Origin: Paraburkholderia sp. BCC1886
GTDB lineage: Bacteria; Pseudomonadota; Gammaproteobacteria; Burkholderiales; Burkholderiaceae
NCBI RefSeq assembly: GCF_900996245.1
Contig: NZ_CAAJGK010000107.1
Coordinates: 196,824-228,823, forward strand
Direction: 5' to 3'
DNA length: 32,000 bases
This document shows positions 26,434 through 32,000 of the stretch, one piece after another (position 1 is the first letter of the stretch; each line of letters begins with the position of its first letter). The translations under genes were made by a program, and so were the position numbers. Below the pieces are notes generated by a model, which saw only the letters and a program-made list of their open reading frames with translations, did not search any database and had not been told where the DNA came from.

Positions 26434-27480
26434 TTATTGCTGTTCGACGAGCGCGCGCGCTTCGCCGACGTGACCGCGATACGCTTCGAAAATCTTGCGC
26501 AGCGCTTCGTCGAACGTGGTGACCGGCGCCCAGTCGAGTTCCTGCATTGTGTTGTCGATTTTCGGCACGCGATTCTGCACGTCCTGATAGCCCGCACCGT
26601 AATACGCGCCCGACGAGGTTTCGATCAGCTGAACCTGCTTGGCGGTGTCCGCGTATTCGGAGAATTCGGCGGCCAGATTCAGCATCTTGTGCGCAAGCTC
26701 GCGCACCGAGAAATTGTTGGTCGGGTTGCCGATGTTGTAGATCTTGCCCGACGCCACGCCGTCTTTATTTTCGATGATCTTCATCAGCGCGCCGATGCCG
26801 TCGTCGATATCGGTAAACGCACGTTTTTGCGCACCGCCGTCCACGAGGCTGATGTGCTCGCCGCGCACGATGTGGCCGAGGAACTGCGTGACCACGCGCG
26901 AGCTGCCTTCCTTCGGCGTGTAGATGGAGTCGAGGCCCGGGCCGATCCAGTTGAACGGGCGGAACAGCGTGAAGTTCAGACCTTCCATGCCGTAACCCCA
27001 GATCACCCGGTCCATCAACTGCTTGGAGCACGCGTAGATCCAGCGCGGCTTGTTGATCGGGCCGTACGACAGTTGCGATTCTTCCGGATCGAACTGCTCG
27101 TCGGTGCACATGCCGTAGACCTCGGAGGTCGACGGAAACACCAGATGCTTGCCGTACTTGACCGCCGAACGCACGATCGGCAGGTTCGCTTCGAAGTCGA
27201 GTTCGAACACGCGCAGCGGCTGCTTGACGTACGTGGCGGGCGTGGCGATCGCGACCAGCGGCAGGATCACGTCGCATTTCTTGACGTGATATTCGACCCA
27301 CTCCTTGTTGATCGTGATGTCGCCTTCGAAGAAGTGCATCCGCTCGTGATTGATGAGGTCGCCCAGACGTTCCGTCTGCATGTCCATCCCGTAGACTTCC
27401 CAGTCGGTCGTCTCGAGAATGCGTTTGGACAGGTGGTGGCCGATGAAGCCGTTCACACCCAGAATCAGGACTTTTTTCAT
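26434..27480 (-). CDS. arnA: UDP-glucuronic acid oxidative decarboxylase (ArnA C-terminal dehydrogenase domain encoded as a separate gene)
   Basis: '[23 protein letters not shown]' is the NAD Rossmann motif, and '[12 protein letters not shown]' is the SDR YxxxK. The ATG at 27480 overlaps the upstream stop (ATGA). Confidence 0.85.
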   Translation of the reverse strand: MKKVLILGVNGFIGHHLSKRILETTDWEVYGMDMQTERLGDLINHERMHFFEGDITINKEWVEYHVKKCDVILPLVAIATPATYVKQPLRVFELDFEANLPIVRSAVKYGKHLVFPSTSEVYGMCTDEQFDPEESQLSYGPINKPRWIYACSKQLMDRVIWGYGMEGLNFTLFRPFNWIGPGLDSIYTPKEGSSRVVTQFLGHIVRGEHISLVDGGAQKRAFTDIDDGIGALMKIIENKDGVASGKIYNIGNPTNNFSVRELAHKMLNLAAEFSEYADTAKQVQLIETSSGAYYGAGYQDVQNRVPKIDNTMQELDWAPVTTFDEALRKIFEAYRGHVGEARALVEQQ

Positions 27481-28421
27481 GAATGACGGGGAGTTTGAAT
27501 GAGCTGGGCGAATCCGGCCGGAGTAACGGCGGCGTCTTTGCCGTTCTGCGAGTGCCGCAATTCGTGGATGGCGATGGCGCGGCCGTCGCCGCATATCGCA
27601 AAAATGGCATTATCGCTTACGTGCAGGCCCGGGGGCAAATCCGAGCGGAGCGCGCCGGGCGGCGCCAGACGGGCGCGCGCGACGATGAAACGATGGCCGT
27701 CGAGATCGGTAAACGCGCCGGGATAGGGCGGCGCGACCGCGCGGATCAGGTTGTAGACCTGCTGCGCCGTTTGCGTCCAGTCGATCCGGCCGTCTTCCGG
27801 CTTGCGCCCGCCGTAATAGCTGCCTTGTGTCAGGTCGTTCGGCAGATGCGGCGCCTCGCCGGCCAGCAAGGCCGGCAGCACGCGCCAGAGCGTCTGTTCG
27901 GCGGCGACGGTGACCTTGTCGAACACTTGCGCGGCGGTGTCGTCGGGCAGAATGGGTACCGGCGTTTGCGCGATGATCGCGCCCGCATCGGGCTTCGCGG
28001 CCATTTCGTGCAGCGTCGCGCCGGTTTCGTTCTCGCCGTGTATCACCGCCCAGTTGGTCGGCACCCGGCCACGGTACTTCGGCAGCAGCGAGCCATGCAT
28101 GTTGTACGCGCCGCGGGTGGCGAGCGCCAGCAGCTCGACGGGCAGCATGTGCCGGTAATAGAACGAGAAGATGAAATCCGGCCGCGCGGCGCTGAGGGCC
28201 TCGTGCAGTTCCGCGCTCTTCGGGTCGGCCGGCGTAAGCACCGGAATGCCGTGCTCCGCTGCCACCGACGCGACGCTGCCGAACCAGATGTTCTCGGTCG
28301 GACTGTCTTCGTGCGTGACGACCAGCGCCACTTCGACGCCGCGTGCCAGCAGCGTCAACAGGCAGCGCACGCCGACGTTGTGATACGCGAAAACGACCGC
28401 GCGTGGCTTCATGAGGGGGTG
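27477..28421 (-). CDS. arnA: UDP-4-amino-4-deoxy-L-arabinose formyltransferase (ArnA N-terminal domain encoded as a separate gene)
   Basis: '[18 protein letters not shown]...' and '[20 protein letters not shown]' form the formyltransferase HxSLLPxxRG motif. The product is 314 aa. Confidence 0.85.
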   Translation of the reverse strand, partial: HPLMKPRAVVFAYHNVGVRCLLTLLARGVEVALVVTHEDSPTENIWFGSVASVAAEHGIPVLTPADPKSAELHEALSAARPDFIFSFYYRHMLPVELLALATRGAYNMHGSLLPKYRGRVPTNWAVIHGENETGATLHEMAAKPDAGAIIAQTPVPILPDDTAAQVFDKVTVAAEQTLWRVLPALLAGEAPHLPNDLTQGSYYGGRKPEDGRIDWTQTAQQVYNLIRAVAPPYPGAFTDLDGHRFIVARARLAPPGALRSDLPPGLHVSDNAIFAICGDGRAIAIHELRHSQNGKDAAVTPAGFAQLIQTPRHS

Positions 28422-29452
28422 TCCTGATCGAGCAGCGGCGCGGCTTGCACACCGTGCACCACGGTCTGACGCGGCGCTTCGGTCACGGTCGTGCCGTCGC
28501 GTTGTTCGAGGATGGTTTGCACCAGATAACGCGGCCGCGCGCGCACCTGCTGGTAAATCCGGCCGATATATTCGCCGAGCAGCCCGAGCGCGAAAATGAT
28601 CACGCCGAGCAGGAAGAACGTAATGGCGAACAGCGTGAACACGCCTTGCACTTCCGCGCCGATGATGAAGCGGCGAATCAGCAGCAGCACGAACAGCGCG
28701 GCCGAGCCGAGCGACAGGATCACGCCGATGAACGACAGCCACTGCAGCGGCACCACCGAGAAACCGGTGACGAGGTCGAAATTCAAACGGATCAGCGAAT
28801 ACAGCGAGTATTTGGATTCGCCGGCAAAGCGCTCTTCGTGTGCGACTTCGATTTCGACCGGATTCTGCGCGAACGTGTACGCCAGCGCCGGAATGAACGT
28901 GTTGATTTCGCCGCAGCGATTGATCGTATCGATGATGTGCCGGCTGTACGCCCGCAGCATGCAACCCTGGTCGGTCATCTTGATGCGGGTGATGCGCTCG
29001 CGCAGACGGTTCATCACGCGCGAGGCCTTGCGGCGCCACAGGCTGTCCTGGCGTTGCAGGCGGATCGTGCCGACGTAGTCGTAGCCTTCGCGCATCTTGT
29101 TGACCAGCTTGCTGATTTCTTCGGGCGGGTTCTGCAAGTCGGCGTCGAGCGTAATGACGATGTCGCCGCGCGACTGCTCGAAGCCCGCCAGAATCGCCAT
29201 GTGCTGGCCGTAGTTTCCATTCAGCAGGATCACACGCGAGGTGTCGGGCCGCGCGCGGAACTGCTCCGCGAGCAGGGCGGCGGATTTGTCGCGGCTGCCG
29301 TCGTTGATGAAGATCACTTCATACGACGTGCCGAGCGCGTCGAGTGCCGGGTAGAGGCGCGCGAACAGCGCGGCCAGCCCGGCTTCCTCGTTGTACACCG
29401 GGATGATGATCGACACTTCCGGTGTGACGGCGCGATGTTCCGAATAACTCAT
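28409..29452 (-). CDS. arnC: Undecaprenyl-phosphate 4-deoxy-4-formamido-L-arabinose transferase (GT2)
   Basis: 'VSIIIPVYNEEAGL...FINDGSRD...TLDADLQNPPEE' is the GT2 DxD pattern. Two C-terminal TM helices are present. Confidence 0.9.
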   Translation of the reverse strand: MSYSEHRAVTPEVSIIIPVYNEEAGLAALFARLYPALDALGTSYEVIFINDGSRDKSAALLAEQFRARPDTSRVILLNGNYGQHMAILAGFEQSRGDIVITLDADLQNPPEEISKLVNKMREGYDYVGTIRLQRQDSLWRRKASRVMNRLRERITRIKMTDQGCMLRAYSRHIIDTINRCGEINTFIPALAYTFAQNPVEIEVAHEERFAGESKYSLYSLIRLNFDLVTGFSVVPLQWLSFIGVILSLGSAALFVLLLIRRFIIGAEVQGVFTLFAITFFLLGVIIFALGLLGEYIGRIYQQVRARPRYLVQTILEQRDGTTVTEAPRQTVVHGVQAAPLLDQDTPS

Positions 29453-29458
29453 GTCCGC

Positions 29459-30610
29459 TTATTTTCCGTATTGTTCGCAAATTTCGTTGACCGCCTGGCA
29501 GACCCGCGCCACGTCGCTATCGCTCAATTGCGTGAAGAGCGGCAACGTGACCGTGCTGGCACCGTAATGCTCGGCGTGCGGGAACATGCCTTCGCTGAAA
29601 CCGCGCGCGCGGTACAGCGAGAACAGGTGAATCGCAGGATAGTGCACGCCCGAACCGATGCCGCGCTCTTTCAGGTGATTCATGAATTCGGCGCGGGAAA
29701 TCGACAGCCGGTCGAGCGGCAGCGTGACGAGGAACATGTGCCAGTTGCTGTTCTCGAAATCCGCAAGCGGCAGGCCCAGCCCCAGTTTCACGGCTGCGCC
29801 GCCTTCGAGGCCGGCGAAATACGCGCGCGCCAGCTTTTTGCGCTGCGCGGTGAAACGCTCGATGTGCTGCAACTGCCCGAGGCCGACCCGTGCGGCCACG
29901 TCCGTGAGGTTGTACTTGCCGCCGAGCAGCTCGCAGTCCATGCCGTCGAAGCCGGTGCGCACGATGCCTTGCAGACGGTATTTCTGCGCCAGCACCGCTT
30001 CCTCTTCGTTGTTCAGAACGAGGGCGCCGCCTTCGATCGACGTCAGATTCTTGTTGGCGTGGAAGCTGAACGACACGATGTCGCCCAGCCGGCCGATGCG
30101 CTCGCCGCGCCACGTGGCGCCGAACGCCTGCGCGGCGTCTTCGATCACGCGCAGCTTGTGCGCGCGGGCGATTTCGTACAGACGGTCCATATCGACCGGC
30201 AAGCCCGACAGATACACCGGAATCAGCGCCTTGGTGCGCGGCGTAATGGCTTTTTCGAGCAGGTCGAGGTCGATGTTGCGGGTCGCCGGGTCGATGTCGA
30301 CGAACACCGGCGTTGCGCCGACTTCGTAAATCACGTTGCTGGTGGACACCCAGGAAGCGGGCGTCGTGATGACTTCGTCTCCAGCGCCCACGCCCGCGAT
30401 GCGCAGGCCGATTTCGAGCGTCGCCGTGCCGGAATTGAAGGTGCGCACCGGGCGGCCGCCGCAGTAGTCCGACAGCGCGGCTTCGAACTTCTGGTTCTGC
30501 GGTCCGGTGGTAATCCAGCCGGAGCGCAGCACGTCGACGACGCCCTGAATCGTTTCTTCATCGATTTCGGGTTTGACGAACGGCAGGAACGGGACTGATG
30601 ACTGGCTCAT
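29459..30610 (-). CDS. arnB: UDP-4-amino-4-deoxy-L-arabinose--oxoglutarate aminotransferase (DegT/DnrJ/EryC1 family)
   Basis: 'FLPFVKPEIDEETIQGVVDVLRSGWITTGPQNQKFE' and 'SFHANKNLTSIEGG' (PLP Lys) are present. The ATG at 30610 gives 383 aa. Confidence 0.9.
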   Translation of the reverse strand: MSQSSVPFLPFVKPEIDEETIQGVVDVLRSGWITTGPQNQKFEAALSDYCGGRPVRTFNSGTATLEIGLRIAGVGAGDEVITTPASWVSTSNVIYEVGATPVFVDIDPATRNIDLDLLEKAITPRTKALIPVYLSGLPVDMDRLYEIARAHKLRVIEDAAQAFGATWRGERIGRLGDIVSFSFHANKNLTSIEGGALVLNNEEEAVLAQKYRLQGIVRTGFDGMDCELLGGKYNLTDVAARVGLGQLQHIERFTAQRKKLARAYFAGLEGGAAVKLGLGLPLADFENSNWHMFLVTLPLDRLSISRAEFMNHLKERGIGSGVHYPAIHLFSLYRARGFSEGMFPHAEHYGASTVTLPLFTQLSDSDVARVCQAVNEICEQYGK

Positions 30611-30802
30611 GAATACGTCGCTCGATTGAGAGGGAAACAGGCCGAGGAGGGCGCGCAGTCGCACACACCACGCGCAAACTCCGGGCCGCGGCCGGGGAAG
30701 ACAGAATCGGCGGAACCCGCACCCGCGCAGGCGAACCGCAGTCGATGGACACAAATGGTAATCAGCGCGGCGGGATAACGCGAGCCCCGCCACACCTGCC
30801 GC

Positions 30803-31174
30803 CTAGCTGCGCGCCAGCACCACCACGCCGATCAGGATCACGCCGATGCCCACCAGCTTCTGCACCGACATCACTTCGCCGAACAGATACCACGCGGCGA
30901 ACGCGTTGACGACGTAACCGAGCGACAGCATCGGGTAGGCGATCGACACGTCGACGCGCGACAGCCCGACTACCCACACAGCCACGCTGATCACATAGCA
31001 GGCCAGCCCGCCGATGATCGGCGGCTGCGTGGCGAGCCGGAACGCGATGGGCAGAATGTTCGCACGGGTGAATTCGAAGTGTCCAACGGCATTCGTGCCC
31101 GCTTTGAGCAGCAACTGCGCGCCGGCGTTCAACGTGACGCCGGCGAGGATGCAAAAGAGCGAAATCGGGTTCAT
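30803..31174 (-). CDS. Small 4-TM SMR/EamA-like membrane protein, ArnE/ArnF-like Ara4N-undecaprenyl phosphate flippase subunit
   Basis: A 123 aa hydrophobic protein immediately downstream of arnT. Its position and size fit ArnE/F, but I cannot assign the subunit. Confidence 0.65.
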   Translation of the reverse strand: MNPISLFCILAGVTLNAGAQLLLKAGTNAVGHFEFTRANILPIAFRLATQPPIIGGLACYVISVAVWVVGLSRVDVSIAYPMLSLGYVVNAFAAWYLFGEVMSVQKLVGIGVILIGVVVLARS

Positions 31175-31199
31175 CGGGCGGACGGGTCCTCAGATGGGG

Positions 31200-32000
31200 T
31201 CATGACTGGGGTTTTTCTACGTGTGTAGCAACGTGCGTAGCGACGGGCGTAGCGGCGGGCGTAGCGACGCCCGCCGCAGGCGCTAAGGGCGTGGCCGCCG
31301 GACCGGCGAGCGGCTTCATCACCACCACGCGGCGCGAATCGCGCGCGATCAGCTGCATCGGCAACTGTTCCTTCAAAAAGCGCTCGTAGGTTTCCGGCGG
31401 CAGCAGCGCCAGCGCGTAGCGGTCGGCCTTCCAGATGGGAATCCATGCGGCGATCGACGGCACCCATTTCTGCGGCTCGACGGACACGCCGAACGTAAGT
31501 TCGTCGGCGTGCTCGACCATGATCGTCGTGTGATCGACGTAGAAAGGCAGCGTGTGATCGAGCACGCCGACCGAGTAGAACGGCGTGTCGGGCGGCAGCT
31601 TCGCGAGCTGCGCCTTGATGGCGGGCGCGAGCAGCACGCCGGAGCTTTGCCGGCCGAACACGTCGTGCCCGGTACCGGCGATGCTGCCGAGCAGCAGCCA
31701 CGCCGCACCGAAAGCCGCCACGGCGCCGAGACTGCCGTTACGGCTGCGGCGGTTCGCCCAGAGCGCGGCGAGCGTGAGCACAAATGCCACGCCGAGCGCG
31801 GCCAGCACCCATCCCCGGAATTCCGCGTACAGCGCGGCCGGGTTGCGCTCGCTGCCGAAGCGCGTCATGAACAGCGCGGCAAACGCCGCCACGACCAGAA
31901 ACAGCGCGTAGCCGGCCAGATGACGCCGCCACTGCTCGCGCGTGACGAGCGGCAGATACATGCCGATCAACAGCGCGATGGGCGGCGCGATCGGCAGTGT
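31200..32000 (-). CDS. arnT: 4-amino-4-deoxy-L-arabinose lipid A transferase ArnT (GT39-like), C-terminal part; 5' end lies beyond the window
   Basis: The frame stays open to base 32000. TM helices are followed by a periplasmic C-terminal domain ('FYSVGVLDHTLPFYV...'). The call rests mostly on arn cluster context. The tail contains a tandem VATP/AATP/VATH/VATH repeat. Confidence 0.75.
   Translation of the reverse strand, partial: TLPIAPPIALLIGMYLPLVTREQWRRHLAGYALFLVVAAFAALFMTRFGSERNPAALYAEFRGWVLAALGVAFVLTLAALWANRRSRNGSLGAVAAFGAAWLLLGSIAGTGHDVFGRQSSGVLLAPAIKAQLAKLPPDTPFYSVGVLDHTLPFYVDHTTIMVEHADELTFGVSVEPQKWVPSIAAWIPIWKADRYALALLPPETYERFLKEQLPMQLIARDSRRVVVMKPLAGPAATPLAPAAGVATPAATPVATHVATHVEKPQS
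31221..31268. repeat. Imperfect 12-bp tandem repeat x4 inside the 3' end of arnT
   Basis: The units are gtgtgtagcaac / gtgcgtagcgac / gggcgtagcggc / gggcgtagcgac. On the minus strand they encode VATP-AATP-VATH-VATH. Confidence 0.8.

Noticed and set aside
26434-28421. arnA appearing as two genes: possible frameshift pseudogene
   Set aside because: Both halves are complete domains with their own start. They are joined by an ATGA stop/start overlap at 27477-27480, which is translational coupling. To my knowledge a split arnA is the normal arrangement in Burkholderia-type arn clusters.
28445-30598. 717-aa plus-strand ORF spanning arnC and arnB
   Set aside because: It is antisense to two genes with clear GT2 and aminotransferase motifs, and its low-complexity Arg/Asp/His-rich translation is not protein-like.

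Overview
High-GC betaproteobacterial chromosome, Burkholderia/Paraburkholderia-like by gene content and composition (inference only). Left core (1-9980): 3' end of an asparaginase, a BON-LysM protein, the glyoxylate catabolism operon gcl-hyi-glxR with a divergent LysR regulator, rpsF-priB-rpsR-rplI, and dnaB. Middle (about 10006-18827): an ~8.8 kb, visibly lower-GC, compositionally mosaic island inserted into the first codons of the DUF47(PhoU-like)-pit phosphate transporter operon. It is bounded by an imperfect 38-bp direct repeat with a 13-bp identical core and carries only a frameshifted, truncated integrase. Its cargo looks like conflict/defence genes: a GH73 peptidoglycan hydrolase translationally coupled to a secreted partner, a T5orf172 (GIY-YIG-like) protein, a TM2/LprI-like membrane protein plus an unknown, a 3-TM protein followed by a short DUF4263 (Shedu-like) nuclease, and an unknown protein with an Rx4H motif. 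The most unusual item is a Hanks-type Ser/Thr kinase whose C-terminus is the SSB acidic tip (...PPPFMDDDIPF). Right core (18803-32000): DUF47-pit, an SDR, an NlpC/P60 lipoprotein, a PIN-PhoH ATPase, bcp, and the Ara4N lipid A modification cluster (arnT, arnE/F-like, arnB, arnC, split arnA, arnD). I saw no tRNA, rRNA, CRISPR array or IS element. Many long ORFs in the track are antisense artefacts of the high GC content.
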